A stretch of DNA of 64,000 bases, taken from Terriglobia bacterium (GTDB taxonomy: Bacteria; Acidobacteriota; Terriglobia; 20CM-2-55-15). The translations under genes and the position numbers were made by a program. The number at the start of each line of letters is the position of its first letter. The first letter of the stretch is position 1. Below the pieces are notes generated by a model, which was not told the origin of the DNA, did no database searches, and was given only the letters and a program-made list of their open reading frames with translations. Shown here in pieces: positions 22,062 through 32,568 of the stretch. Location of the stretch: positions 288,001 to 352,000 of the forward strand of contig CAXWPJ010000006.1 of the NCBI GenBank assembly GCA_963664115.2. The letters run 5' to 3'.

Positions 22062-22120
22062 AACGCAGAGACGCAGAGGCCGCAAAGAAAAATTCCTTTG
22101 CGTCTCTGCGCCTCTGAGTT
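22062..22120. repeat. Palindromic ACGCAGAG-type REP element
   Basis: aacgcagagacgcagaggccgcaaag...ctttgcgtctctgcgcctctgagtt. Confidence 0.8.
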
Positions 22121-22182
22121 AACAGTCATTTATCGTTCGGTGACACCCACCAGAGGCGGGTTTGATGAAACTCGTCACGGGT

Positions 22183-23016
22183 TCAGTTCATCATCGCGCG
22201 GATACGGTTTACATCTTTTAAGTACGACTCTATTTTAGAGTTGTCCTCGGAGTCGGCAGAGTGCTTGAGAAACCACTTGAGATCGCTTGCAGCTCCCCTG
22301 AACTGGCGTAGCTGAAGACGCAGAAGGCCGCGCTCTTTGTAGAGTTCCAGGGTGTCGGGTTCGGTCAGTATCATCAGGTCCAAAATCACGAGGGCCTTGT
22401 CGAACGTCTGTGCTTGAAGGTATATCGCCCTCAGGTTGACCAGCATGCGCGTGAGGATATGGCGGTTGGTGACCCGCCGCAGCCACTGTTCTGAGCTTCG
22501 ACCGGTTTCGAGTTGTCCGGGTGGAAGCAGTCCACGACAGTCGTCGCGTGTGAGGATGGCTCCCTGGTTAAAGGGATCGACGAAAATTTCTTCGGTTCGG
22601 GATAAGTACTTGACCAGGAAGTGGCCCGGCATTCCGACTCCATCGATATTGAAACCGACGCGGCGGGCAACCTCAATGTAGATGGCCGACAGGGTGATGG
22701 GGATCCCCTTCCGCCGCTCGATGACATCGTTCAGGAAGCTGTTGCGAGGGTCGTAGTATTTTTCCGCATTACCCTCAAACCCGTAATCGAGGAAGAGAAC
22801 CTGGTTGATCGCCGCAATGGTTTCTATTGGAGAAGAATCGGTGGCCGTTTTGTTTTCTACGCTATCAGCCATGCGATCGAGTTCGTCCAGATATGGGGTC
22901 AGCGACAGGTGCGGGTACTCTTCACAGGCCAGGAGCAGAGCGGCCTCGGCCAGAGGGATGCCTAGATCCGGTAGTGTGATCAGCTCCTTAAATGTCTCTC
23001 TGGATCGTGTCGTCAT
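22183..23016 (-). CDS. SirB1/YchA transglutaminase-like TPR protein
   Basis: YYDPRNSFLNDVIERRKGIPITLS, GMPGHFLV, VDPFNQG. Confidence 0.9.
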   Translation of the reverse strand: MTTRSRETFKELITLPDLGIPLAEAALLLACEEYPHLSLTPYLDELDRMADSVENKTATDSSPIETIAAINQVLFLDYGFEGNAEKYYDPRNSFLNDVIERRKGIPITLSAIYIEVARRVGFNIDGVGMPGHFLVKYLSRTEEIFVDPFNQGAILTRDDCRGLLPPGQLETGRSSEQWLRRVTNRHILTRMLVNLRAIYLQAQTFDKALVILDLMILTEPDTLELYKERGLLRLQLRQFRGAASDLKWFLKHSADSEDNSKIESYLKDVNRIRAMMN

Positions 23017-23684
23017 GCCAACCGCTCCTCGAACCAACTTTCAAAATCCTGAATCGATGCGAGAATCCAATCCGCTTCCCTCAGTTGAGACCGATCGTAG
23101 GAATGTTCCAGCGCAAGACATCGAAGGCCCGCGGATTTCGCTGACCGAATGCCTCCGACGGAGTCTTCCACGGCCAGGCACCGATGGGGCTCGAGCGGAC
23201 CGTGGCGTTCCCCTAAGAGCTCGGTGGCTTTGAGGAAGGGTTCGGGACTTGGCTTTCCAGCGTCGACATCTTCGGCGGCCACGATGACGGAGAAGTAGGT
23301 CCCAAGGGCGCCCTCTTTGAGGATCCAGTCGATTTCATCCCTTCGGGCACCGGAGGCCATCCCCAGCGGACAGCTCTCCGCTGCCGCTTGCACCGCCCGC
23401 ACAGCGCCCTCGAAAAGTACGTGCCTCTCGCCCAGGAGCCCGAAGTAGCTTTTCGATTTGCGAGCCACAAGCGTTTGCAGTGTGTCGGAGGTCAGGTCCA
23501 GGTTGTGGTCACCATATAGCGCGCGAAACAAGTCCCAGTCGTTGAGCGCCAGGTATCGTTCGTAATATGCAGTGTCGGTCAGTGAAAGTCCTTCTTCGCG
23601 TGCGATGATTCGGAAGGCTTCCAGATGAATCGGTTCGTCGTTGGCCAGGACGCCATTGAAGTCGAAGATTACGGCTTGAAACAT
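23013..23684 (-). CDS. HAD family phosphatase
   Basis: IFDFNGVL, GKPSPEPF, VEDSVGG. Confidence 0.88.
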   Translation of the reverse strand: MFQAVIFDFNGVLANDEPIHLEAFRIIAREEGLSLTDTAYYERYLALNDWDLFRALYGDHNLDLTSDTLQTLVARKSKSYFGLLGERHVLFEGAVRAVQAAAESCPLGMASGARRDEIDWILKEGALGTYFSVIVAAEDVDAGKPSPEPFLKATELLGERHGPLEPHRCLAVEDSVGGIRSAKSAGLRCLALEHSYDRSQLREADWILASIQDFESWFEERLA

Positions 23685-23882
23685 GGTGATCGCGCTTGTG
23701 CCCGGTCCCAACAGCGGCGAGGGGGCATTAGCTAAGTTACCATGGTTCCCACGTTGGGCCCGTGTGGGTCGAACAGGGCATTGCCTATCCGTCCCAGACC
23801 ACTGCTATTTTTCGTTCGTGGGCTGTTAAAGAAGCCGTCGAAATGCACCCGAGTTCCTAACTGATAAGATACGAGACTGCCT

Positions 23883-24983
23883 ATGAATTACGACGTCATC
23901 GTTGTTGGCGGTGGAGCGATTGGGCTGGCCCTGGCTCGCAGCTTGGCCGGGGACCGATCCGTTCTCCTGATCGAGCGGGGCTCGATCGGCCGGGAGTCGT
24001 CGTGGGCGGCAGCGGGAATGTTGTGCCCGCACAGCGAGGCCGATACCGACGACGCGTTATTGAGGTTGAGCCTCCGAAGCCTGATCATGTACCGGTCTTT
24101 TGCAGCGGAACTGTCCGATGAGACCGGCATCGATATCGAATACCAGGACGACGGCGTGATAGTCCTCGCTTCGGACCCGCCGGAATACGAGTCCCTGCGG
24201 CATCGGTGTGAGTGGCAGCAGCGGTCTGGATTGGACGCGACCATGCTTTCTGCCGCCGACGTCCGGAGGCGGGAACCCCGTTTGACCCTTGAGATCGAGG
24301 GGGCGATGTTCTGTCCGGGTGATCATCAGATCCGTCCCCGAAGACTCATCGAGGCTCTTCGGCGCTCGTGTGCGATTCGCGGCGTCGAGATTCTGGAAAA
24401 CACTCCGGTCCGAGCCGTGGTTTCGGCCGCGGACCGTGTGGAGGGCGTGCGGGCCGTTTCCGAGACCTTTGCTGCCCCGACCGTCATTCTGGCCGCCGGA
24501 GCATGGGCGTCCGAGATTGATGGCATGTGTCCGAGGATTCACATGAAGCCGCGGAAAGGACAGATACTCTCGCTCGAGATGCCGGGTCGGACGTTCCGGC
24601 ACCTGATTCGATGGCGTCGACTTTATTTCGTTCCGAGGAGGGACGGAGAACTCGTTGTCGGTGCGACGAACGAAGATTGTGGATTCGACCGCCGGCCCAC
24701 GGCGGCGGGTTTGAGTGGATTGCTGGCCGATGCTCAACGGCTGTCTTCCGACGTCGGCAACTATCCGATTCTGGAAACGTGGGCGGGTCTGCGTCCGGCG
24801 ACCGAAGACGGTCTTCCGGCCATCGGAGCTTCCGGAATCGATGGGCTCTTCTATGCTCTCGGCCACTATAGAAATGGAATCCTCCTGACGCCGGTCACCG
24901 CGAAAATCATAAATGCGCTGACGCGAGGGGACACGCCTGATGCAGAGGTGTCTGCTTTCTCGCCACTGCGTTTTTCCAAGTAA
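23883..24983 (+). CDS. thiO: Glycine oxidase ThiO
   Basis: GGGAIG, SSWAAAGML, WAGLRP, GHYRNGILLTP. Confidence 0.85.
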   Translation: MNYDVIVVGGGAIGLALARSLAGDRSVLLIERGSIGRESSWAAAGMLCPHSEADTDDALLRLSLRSLIMYRSFAAELSDETGIDIEYQDDGVIVLASDPPEYESLRHRCEWQQRSGLDATMLSAADVRRREPRLTLEIEGAMFCPGDHQIRPRRLIEALRRSCAIRGVEILENTPVRAVVSAADRVEGVRAVSETFAAPTVILAAGAWASEIDGMCPRIHMKPRKGQILSLEMPGRTFRHLIRWRRLYFVPRRDGELVVGATNEDCGFDRRPTAAGLSGLLADAQRLSSDVGNYPILETWAGLRPATEDGLPAIGASGIDGLFYALGHYRNGILLTPVTAKIINALTRGDTPDAEVSAFSPLRFSK

Positions 24984-25031
24984 TACACAGCAGGTTTTTC
25001 TTTCCCATCAGGCTGGTATAATTGCGTCTTC

Positions 25032-26123
25032 ATGATTGATTCCACGATCATTGGGAAGGTCGAGCGAGGGGAACGGCTCAGTTTCGAGGACGGCGTAACT
25101 TTGTACGAGTCCGATGATGTTTTTGGAGTCGGCCGGCTCGCGCATCTAGTCCGTCTTCGCTTGAACGGGAACGCCGCCTACTACAACGTGAACCGCCACA
25201 TCAACTATACAAATATTTGTGTTATCGATTGCCAACTTTGCCAGGGAGCGTATGCGCGGAAGCCCGGCGAAGAAGGTGGCTATGCGATGACCCTGGACAA
25301 TGTTTTCGGGTTTGCGGCACAGAAATACAACGATTCGGTGACGGAGTTTCATATCGTAGGCGGCCTCAACCCTGCGCTGTCCTTTGATTACTATCTCGAT
25401 TTACTGCGGGGGCTCCGGGAAAGGTTCCCTTCGGTGCATCTGAAAGCGTTCACGATGGTGGAGCTCGATTTCTTTGCCAAGATTACGCGGAGACGGCTGG
25501 AGTGGGTTATTGAACAACTTCTTGAGGCGGGCTTGGGGAGTTGTCCAGGAGGTGGCGCCGAGATTTTTTCCGAGAGGGCCCGTCCGCTGATTGCGGGCCA
25601 CAAGATGTCAGGAGAACGCTGGCTGGAGTGCGCGCGAACCCTTCACAAAATGGGCGTCCACTCCAATGCCACGATGTTGTACGGCCACGTCGAGACGATC
25701 CCCGAGAGGATCGATCATTTGGTCAGATTGCGCGAACTTCAGGACGAAACCCAGGGATTCAATTGTTTTATTCCTCTCGCCTTTCACCCGGAAAACACAG
25801 CCTACGATCAGTTGCCGCCAACCACGGGGACCGACGACCTCAAGACGATCGCCCTGGCCCGGTTGATGCTCGACAATTTCTCCCACATTAAGGCCTACTG
25901 GGTAACGATCACACCGGAACTCGCTCAGATTGCCCTCCGTTTCGGGGCCGATGATCTGGACGGCACGATCATAGAAGAGCGAATCATCCACGGTGCCGGA
26001 AGCGAGACCAGCCTTGGGTTGACGCGGCAGCGGATTGAACTGTTGATCCGGGATGCCGGCTGCGTCCCCATCCAGCGCGACACTCTCTATAATCCCGTCA
26101 ATGCGAAAGTCGCCTCTTCCTAG
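25032..26123 (+). CDS. mqnE: Aminofutalosine synthase MqnE (CofH-like radical SAM)
   Basis: NYTNICVIDCQLC, PGGGAEIF, NATMLYGHVE, HIKAYW. Confidence 0.8.
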   Translation: MIDSTIIGKVERGERLSFEDGVTLYESDDVFGVGRLAHLVRLRLNGNAAYYNVNRHINYTNICVIDCQLCQGAYARKPGEEGGYAMTLDNVFGFAAQKYNDSVTEFHIVGGLNPALSFDYYLDLLRGLRERFPSVHLKAFTMVELDFFAKITRRRLEWVIEQLLEAGLGSCPGGGAEIFSERARPLIAGHKMSGERWLECARTLHKMGVHSNATMLYGHVETIPERIDHLVRLRELQDETQGFNCFIPLAFHPENTAYDQLPPTTGTDDLKTIALARLMLDNFSHIKAYWVTITPELAQIALRFGADDLDGTIIEERIIHGAGSETSLGLTRQRIELLIRDAGCVPIQRDTLYNPVNAKVASS

Positions 26124-26142
26124 AGGCATCAGAATTCGGAAT

Positions 26143-26225
26143 TAACGCAGAGGCGCGGAGACGCAGAGGTTTTTTTAAATTCTCTCTGATCTGCGTCCTC
26201 AGCGACCTTTGCGTCTCTGCGTTTA
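26143..26225. repeat. Palindromic ACGCAGAG-type REP element
   Basis: taacgcagaggcgcggagacgcagag...ctttgcgtctctgcgttta between convergent genes. Confidence 0.8.
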
Positions 26226-26236
26226 AATTTTCATTT

Positions 26237-26659
26237 TTAGGATCGGAAGGTTATTTCGGCCAACATGAACGCCATTCCTTCGGGTACGATGTTCAGCTCC
26301 ACAAAATCCGTCTTCAGCAGCTTTCGAATGTCGTCCACGACGTCCTGGTCGATGTGGTCGATTCGGAACGTCGCCCGGTGCAAACCCGCTTCCGATAGCA
26401 GTTCGCAATCCAGAGCTTCCAGGCGCTTGATGATCCAGTGCAGTCGACCCGCGAAGGTGGTGGTGTCCACTTTGCCGTCGATCTTGACAATAGTTTCTTC
26501 GGGCAACCAGCAGAATTTGTCCCCGCCATAGAGTATCCGGTAGTTGCTGCGTTTGACTTCAAGCACCAGCCCGGCATCCTTGGGGATGCCGAGCTGAGAT
26601 CGATGATAGGAAGATCCGCAGTAAATGAACTCGCCGACTTCGATGCGATTGGCTTTCAC
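26237..26659 (-). CDS. Hypothetical protein
   Basis: Plausible ORF directly downstream of moeB/Z; GTG start at 26659 inferred to avoid overlap. Confidence 0.55.
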   Translation of the reverse strand: MKANRIEVGEFIYCGSSYHRSQLGIPKDAGLVLEVKRSNYRILYGGDKFCWLPEETIVKIDGKVDTTTFAGRLHWIIKRLEALDCELLSEAGLHRATFRIDHIDQDVVDDIRKLLKTDFVELNIVPEGMAFMLAEITFRS

Positions 26660-26684
26660 CTGCGTTATCCAGGGGGCACGGTAT

Positions 26685-27848
26685 TCAGCCCGTCGCGCAG
26701 ACAAAATCAGCGATGGACTCCAGATCGATTCGGGGGTTTTCGCCACACGTGGTGCATTTCGGATCTTTGCGGACTTTCACTTGACGGAACGTCGCTTCCA
26801 GAGCGTCGTAGACCAGGAGTCGGCCTGAGAGGGTTTCCCCGATACCGAGCAGGAGCTTTATGGTTTCCGTTGCCTGAAGAACGCCTATCGTTCCAGGAAG
26901 GACACCCAGGACTCCGGCTTCCGCACAGCTGGGAGCCAGCTCAGGTGGGGCGGCTGCCGGATATAGACACCTGAAGCATGGCCCTTCGTGGGGGACGAAT
27001 GTCGAAACCTGTCCATCGAACCGGAAGATGCTGCCATAGGCTACGGGCTTGTTGAGCATGACAGCCGCATCGTTGACCAGATATGCCGTAGAGAAGTTAT
27101 CCGATCCGCTGACGATGACATCGTATTCCTTGAAGATTTCGAGCACATTGGAGGCATCGAGCCTGAGGCTATGGGTGGGGACTTTAACGTCGGGATTCAC
27201 CTCGAAAAGAGTCCGGCGTGCAGAGTCGGTTTTCGGCACACCGATTGATGATGTCCAATGCAGAATCTGCCGCTGGAGATTCGATTCGTCCACGACGTCG
27301 TCGTCGATGATGCCGATCGTCCCCACTCCGGAGGCTGCCAAGTAGATCCCGGCTGAAGAACCCAGTCCCCCGGCTCCAACCAGCAGGACCTTGCTAGCAA
27401 GAAGCTTCAGTTGTCCTTTTTCTCCAACTTCCGGAATCAGCACATGACGGCTGTAGCGAGCCATCTGGTCCTTTCCCACGGTTTCGGGTACGACCAGCTT
27501 AAAGCCCTTGTCTTTCCAATCACGGATGCCGCCGGCCAGCGATTGAACCTTGGAATAGCCAAGCTGATTCAGGCTCTTCGCCGCGAACGCGGACCGGACA
27601 CCCCCGGCGCAGTAAACGACGATGGGATGATCCTTGTCCGACAGCATCTTCTCGACTTTGACTTCCAGAAAGCCTCGCGGCAGAAACTCGGCGCCTTCGA
27701 TATGGCCTTGGTCCCACTCGTCTTTTTCCCGGACGTCCAACAGGGTGAAATCCCTATTGCTGTCGAGTTTAGCGTTTATTTCCTCAGGAGTTACCTCCTC
27801 AATTTCCTGCTTCACACCGGCGAGTAATTCGTTGAAATTGGGACTCAT
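26685..27848 (-). CDS. moeB: Rhodanese-MoeB (MoeZ-like) adenylyltransferase
   Basis: N-terminal rhodanese VYCAGGVRS; RYSRH, GAGGLG, SNLQRQ, CFRC, SCAEAGVLG, CTTC. Confidence 0.9.
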   Translation of the reverse strand: MSPNFNELLAGVKQEIEEVTPEEINAKLDSNRDFTLLDVREKDEWDQGHIEGAEFLPRGFLEVKVEKMLSDKDHPIVVYCAGGVRSAFAAKSLNQLGYSKVQSLAGGIRDWKDKGFKLVVPETVGKDQMARYSRHVLIPEVGEKGQLKLLASKVLLVGAGGLGSSAGIYLAASGVGTIGIIDDDVVDESNLQRQILHWTSSIGVPKTDSARRTLFEVNPDVKVPTHSLRLDASNVLEIFKEYDVIVSGSDNFSTAYLVNDAAVMLNKPVAYGSIFRFDGQVSTFVPHEGPCFRCLYPAAAPPELAPSCAEAGVLGVLPGTIGVLQATETIKLLLGIGETLSGRLLVYDALEATFRQVKVRKDPKCTTCGENPRIDLESIADFVCATG

Positions 27849-27984
27849 AGTGCTCCTCGATCGCCCGAATACTTCTTAATCCGATTTAAATTGATCAACT
27901 TTGTCATGTATCCGACTATTTAAAGTACAACAATGCTCCGGCATTGCGCAAGACTTCTGCCCGAAACGGCGGTGCCGCCTACGT

Positions 27985-28677
27985 TCAATCGCCCTCGCCC
28001 TCCTGTTCCCAAGCCTCCCCCCGCCTCCTGAGTTCGTCGAGAACATTCTGCATTCGCACGTGCCAGTCCCGGACTGCAGACTCGTCGGCGTCAGGGGGTA
28101 TCCAAATCGCGGGTGCCGCAAATAGCATTGCCTGCGAGAACGGCATCGGGATCTGGAAGTGGTCCCAGCTGCTGAGTTGAATCTTACGCTTCAACGCTAT
28201 GTGAAAGCAGAAAATTCCAGCTCCCGTTTTACGGGCCAGTATGATCGGGCCAGCCTTGGCGACATAGCGTGGACCTCGTGGGCCGTCTATCGTGAAGCCG
28301 ACATCATGATTGCTGCGGATTTCGCAAACCATCTGGGCCAGAGCCGGGCCTCCTGCGCGTGAGCTGGAGCCCCGGGCTGCCCCGTACCCAAGACGCCGGA
28401 TGCACGCCGCGATGATTTCACCGTCGAGGTTCAGGCTTGTCATTACGACAATGCCCCTGTGTCTCCAGCGCCACGTGGCAGGGAATATGCGCCCGTGCCA
28501 GCACGTGAATATGGCGCGTCGTCCCGTTTTTTGGATTTCCTCGAGGTGTTCGAAGCCCGTCGCCTGCCATCGCAGACTGCGACCGATCAACGCGATCGCC
28601 CAGTAGCCGATCCATGAAACGAGGCTGATCTTGATGCGCTCGGTTCTTGAGAAACGGCGCGGCTGACCGACCTCCAT
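27985..28677 (-). CDS. DUF374 lysophospholipid acyltransferase family protein
   Basis: WHGRI, DGEII, RGSSSR, DGPRGP, SWDHFQIPMPF. Confidence 0.88.
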   Translation of the reverse strand: MEVGQPRRFSRTERIKISLVSWIGYWAIALIGRSLRWQATGFEHLEEIQKTGRRAIFTCWHGRIFPATWRWRHRGIVVMTSLNLDGEIIAACIRRLGYGAARGSSSRAGGPALAQMVCEIRSNHDVGFTIDGPRGPRYVAKAGPIILARKTGAGIFCFHIALKRKIQLSSWDHFQIPMPFSQAMLFAAPAIWIPPDADESAVRDWHVRMQNVLDELRRRGEAWEQEGEGD

Positions 28678-28818
28678 TCAAATGTAGTCTTTGGGGTTTC
28701 GAGTGAACTTGTCGTAACAGGCGGACGAGCAGAAGTAATACTCCTTGCCCTTGTATTCGGATTTGAATTCCGCCATGTCGGGGTCGGTTGGCATTTTGCA
28801 GACCGGATCAGTTTCCAT
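28678..28818 (-). CDS. YHS domain protein
   Basis: METDPVCKM...YKGKEYYFCSSACYDKF; AGGAG RBS. Confidence 0.85.
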   Translation of the reverse strand: METDPVCKMPTDPDMAEFKSEYKGKEYYFCSSACYDKFTRNPKDYI

Positions 28819-29086
28819 CGCAGCTCCTTCTGTGAAATAGGGGGCAGTCCCTAGAATTTCCCCCAAGGATAAATCAAAACGAGTGCGCTGCAAACTCGGG
28901 TCGTGGATTTGCCGCTCAATGGGCCGCAACGGACGTACGGCATCAGATCTGTCTAGAGAGTGAGAGAGAGACCGGAGTGAAGGCAAGATCAGGTGTTCGG
29001 ACGTCCCATTTGTGCTGTTCCGAGTGTGGGTGGAATGGCACCCGGGGCTGCGAACCTATTGAAGACTTTGGAGAGACTATGATGGG

Positions 29087-29353
29087 CTAACTGGAAGCCG
29101 CTACAGGGATTACGACGAGGCCCATGGGATCCCGAACGACGCCTTCCACACCCAGCGATTCAAAGATCAACGCAGTCTGTTTGACGCGCTGAGCAGGCAC
29201 GGTCAATATCTTTATTGGGCACGCGGATTCTTTCATCTGCATTACGGCCGCCGACAGTTCCCATAGGTTGTTTCCGGTAACCGCCAGTTCTTCCACCATG
29301 CCTTCCAATCCTTCCGGAAATCCTGTCCAGTAGGCATCTGTTGTGTGCATCAC
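29087..29353 (-). CDS. Hypothetical protein
   Basis: 88-aa ORF filling an intergenic gap; no motif recognised. Confidence 0.35.
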   Translation of the reverse strand: MMHTTDAYWTGFPEGLEGMVEELAVTGNNLWELSAAVMQMKESACPIKILTVPAQRVKQTALIFESLGVEGVVRDPMGLVVIPVAASS

Positions 29354-29451
29354 GTGCGGGCGCTCCCCGGTTTCGAAGTTGTCGCTCTTCCTGATATCTG
29401 TATCGACTTATTTTCTGGTCTGGGTTACTAAAATATCGAAATTAAGAGGTG

Positions 29452-29549
29452 AGGGGACAGACGATTCAATGGCCGAATCGCTGATTCCCAGGGCTGATGA
29501 GATTGCGGTGAGTTCCGAGCGAGTTTGGGGATTCGGTCGTTTGTCCCCT
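29452..29549. repeat. GGGGACA-type inverted repeat pair (REPIN-like)
   Basis: aggggacagacga...ccgaatc / gattcggtcgtttgtcccct. Confidence 0.65.
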
Positions 29550-29571
29550 TTATTTGCATACAATAGCGAAC

Positions 29572-30267
29572 ATGAAGATGTTGCTGTTCGATGTGGATTT
29601 GACGCTTGTGAACACAGGAGGTGCGGGCATACGGGCCTTAAATCAAGCCACTGAAGAGGTTTTGGGTTTCCCCGAAGCCATGGCAGCTATCACGCCCCAT
29701 GGTAAGACCGACCCAGCCATCGTCCGCGAAATCATTACTCAAAATAACCAGAAAAGTATCAAGGATTTGCAGCATGTTACAGCGGATATCCTTGACAAAT
29801 ACTTGATATATCTGGAGCGGGAAGTTTTCGATTCAGACGGCTATCGCGTTCTTCCGGGAATCGGTCGCTTGCTCGAAGAATTCAGTGCCCGTGAGGACGT
29901 TCGCCTGGGGCTGGCGACCGGAAACCTGGAGCGGGGTGCCCGGATCAAACTGGAGCGCGGCGGGCTCAATGGGTACTTTGGGTTCGGCGGCTTCGGTTCC
30001 GACGCTGAGGATCGCCGGGAACTGGTCCTCCAGGCGGCCCGGCGGGGTAACCCTGAGAGCAGTGTCGATGTCGCCCGAGCCGACACATACGTCATCGGCG
30101 ACACGCCAAAGGACATCGAAGCCGGCAAGCAGGCAGGGTTTCAGACCATAGGGGTTGCCACCGGGAGTTACTCGGTGGAGGCGCTCCTAGCGACGGGGGC
30201 CGACGTGGTTATCGAAGACTTTATTGTTGGCCGCGATCAGTTCCTGCGTTCCACCCGCGCTGCGTAG
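29572..30267 (+). CDS. HAD family hydrolase
   Basis: LFDVDLTL, GKTD, TGN, GGFGSD, IGDTPKD. Confidence 0.88.
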   Translation: MKMLLFDVDLTLVNTGGAGIRALNQATEEVLGFPEAMAAITPHGKTDPAIVREIITQNNQKSIKDLQHVTADILDKYLIYLEREVFDSDGYRVLPGIGRLLEEFSAREDVRLGLATGNLERGARIKLERGGLNGYFGFGGFGSDAEDRRELVLQAARRGNPESSVDVARADTYVIGDTPKDIEAGKQAGFQTIGVATGSYSVEALLATGADVVIEDFIVGRDQFLRSTRAA

Positions 30268-31341
30268 ACGTCGATGCGTTCGAGCGGGCTCTCGTTATCC
30301 GTTTCGACGGCCGCGATACGTTCAACGACATCCATTCCCGCTGTGACTCTTCCAAACACGGTATAGAAGTTGTCCAGGGCGGGTTGATCGTCCAGGACGA
30401 TGAAGAACGAGGTCAAGGCACTATCGATTTCCTCGCCACGCGCCATTGAGACGATTCCTGCGACGTGTTTAATCTCGTTTATTTCTGCGGCAATGGGCAC
30501 CACGAACTGTTCAGCGTTCTGAGGGTAGGGTTCCGTTCGAGTATTCAGGTCGCCCGTCTGGATCACGAAGCCAGGGGCCACCCGGTGGAACGCCGTCAGA
30601 TCATAGACGCCTAAAAATGCCAGGCGCAGGAAGTGTCTGACGTGGTCGGGCGCTTCCTCCGGAAAGAACTCCAGCGTGATATTCCCGAACGCAGTTTCCA
30701 ACACCGCCTGATATTCGCCCAGTTCTTCGATGGTTTCCTGACTGAACGGGGGCACCGGTGGCGGGGGTATGTCCCGGATCCTGACGTCGAGGATCTCAAC
30801 GCGTTCAAGCGCGATCTGTCCCTCGTCGGTTGGGGTCATGGAGATTTCATCGAGGACTTCCAGCCCTTCGACCACGTGGGCAAAGGCCGTGAATTGGCGG
30901 GTGAACTGAGGCTGATCACCGATGCAAATAAAGAACTGCGAGCCGGCGCTGGAAGGCTCACCGGGGAGCAGCGTTGCCACGACGGTTCCCGACACAAATT
31001 CGATGTCGCTGATCTCAAGTTCCAGACCCATGTTAAATCCCCCGGCGCCGTACTCCGTCGTGCGGTCCGGATCTTTGGTGTAGGGGTCCCCGGTCTGGAC
31101 GATGCCGGTCGGCACCATGCTGTGGAAGGTCGTGCCGTCATAGAAATCTTCTTCGACGAGTCGAATGAACTGGTCCACGTGGGCCGGCGCCGCGTCAGGA
31201 TAAAACTCAATGACAACCTCGCCGACGGCGGTTTCGATCACCGCCTGAAGCTCGTGCGGGTCAGCGGGAATTGGCCGGGCCGTGTCTGAACTTAAACGAT
31301 GGGTCCTGCCCGAGGAGCAGAAGTAAAAAAAGGTATCGCAT
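30237..31341 (-). CDS. Tandem two-domain cyclophilin PPIase, signal peptide out of frame
   Basis: Two cyclophilin domains (FHSMVP..SAGSQFFI; FHRVAPGFVIQTGD..SFFIV); MRYLFLLLLLG start at 31341 is in another frame. Confidence 0.8.
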
Positions 31342-31379
31342 GATGGCTGTTTTTTCCGGCTATATGGCAACGAATTTTA

Positions 31380-32543
31380 TCACGACAGGTCCGACCCTCT
31401 TCGAAGCGAACCGTCTCCGTATCGATCGTTAATCTTGTCCAGAGCCTGGGCCAATCGTTCGTCCTGTTCGGTGGTTTCGAAAAGCGAGAGTTGTGCCTCA
31501 TCGTTGCTTGCCCGAAGCAGGTTGCTGGTTCCGACGCCGATCAACCGGACGCTTTCCTCCAAAGGGAACTTTTCGAACAGCGTCCGGATCAGCGCGAAGA
31601 TTTCATTTCCTGTGTTGAGCGCCTCGGGTACCGATTTCTGTCGGGTGAAGGTGGTGAAGCTCGCATATCTCAGTTTGAGGCTTATCGTCCGTGTTTTGAA
31701 GCCCTGGCGGCGCAATCTGGCAGCGACCTTGTCTGAGAGCCCCCGCAGCGTTTTCAACAGAAGATCGTTGTCGGACGTATCGTGTTCGAATGTTGTCTCG
31801 TTGCTGATGGATTTAGGTTCCCACGCCGAAACGACAGGCCGTTCGTCCTCACCGCGAGCCAAGTGCCAGAGGTGCTCACCGGACGCACCGAGCGTTTCGA
31901 TCATTTTCTCGCGCCCGATGGCGGCGAGTTCTCCGATCGTGTGAACGCCGAGCTTCCGGAGGCGGGTGGCTGTTTTTGGGCCGACGCCCCACAGCTTTGA
32001 AACTGGAAGAGCGGCAAGAAAGCTCTCGACTTCGGTATTCCCGACGACAACGAACCCGTCGGGTTTATCCAGATCGGATGCGATTTTGGCCAGGAACTTG
32101 TTGGGTGCCACCCCGACGGAAGCCGTCAGACCCGTCTCTTTCTTTATGGTGGCCTTGACCTCGCGGGCGATCCCTTCGGCGGGTCCCATCAGCGCTGTGG
32201 AACCGCTTACGTCGAGAAATGCCTCGTCGATGCTGATGGGTTCGACCATGTCCGTATATCGGCGCAATATACCCATGATGGCCACGGAAACCTCCTGGTA
32301 GCGGACCATCCGAGGGCGCAGATAAACGCCGTTCGGGCAGCGCCTCCAGGCGTGGCTGATTGGAAGAGCGGAGTGAATACCGAATTGGCGTGCTTCGTAG
32401 GAACAGGCGGCAACGACTCCCCGCCCGGTTCCGGCTTTAGGGTCGGCGCCCACGATGACAGCTCGGCCCGCGTATTCGGGTTGATCGAGTTGCTCGACAG
32501 ACGCATAAAAAGCGTCCATGTCCACGTGCAGGATCTGACGCAT
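31380..32543 (-). CDS. dinB: DNA polymerase IV
   Basis: HVDMDAFYASVE, SYEAR, SIDEAFLD, KPDG. Confidence 0.95.
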   Translation of the reverse strand: MRQILHVDMDAFYASVEQLDQPEYAGRAVIVGADPKAGTGRGVVAACSYEARQFGIHSALPISHAWRRCPNGVYLRPRMVRYQEVSVAIMGILRRYTDMVEPISIDEAFLDVSGSTALMGPAEGIAREVKATIKKETGLTASVGVAPNKFLAKIASDLDKPDGFVVVGNTEVESFLAALPVSKLWGVGPKTATRLRKLGVHTIGELAAIGREKMIETLGASGEHLWHLARGEDERPVVSAWEPKSISNETTFEHDTSDNDLLLKTLRGLSDKVAARLRRQGFKTRTISLKLRYASFTTFTRQKSVPEALNTGNEIFALIRTLFEKFPLEESVRLIGVGTSNLLRASNDEAQLSLFETTEQDERLAQALDKINDRYGDGSLRRGSDLS

Positions 32544-32568
32544 CAAGCTCGGGAAGAATCTATCTGAG

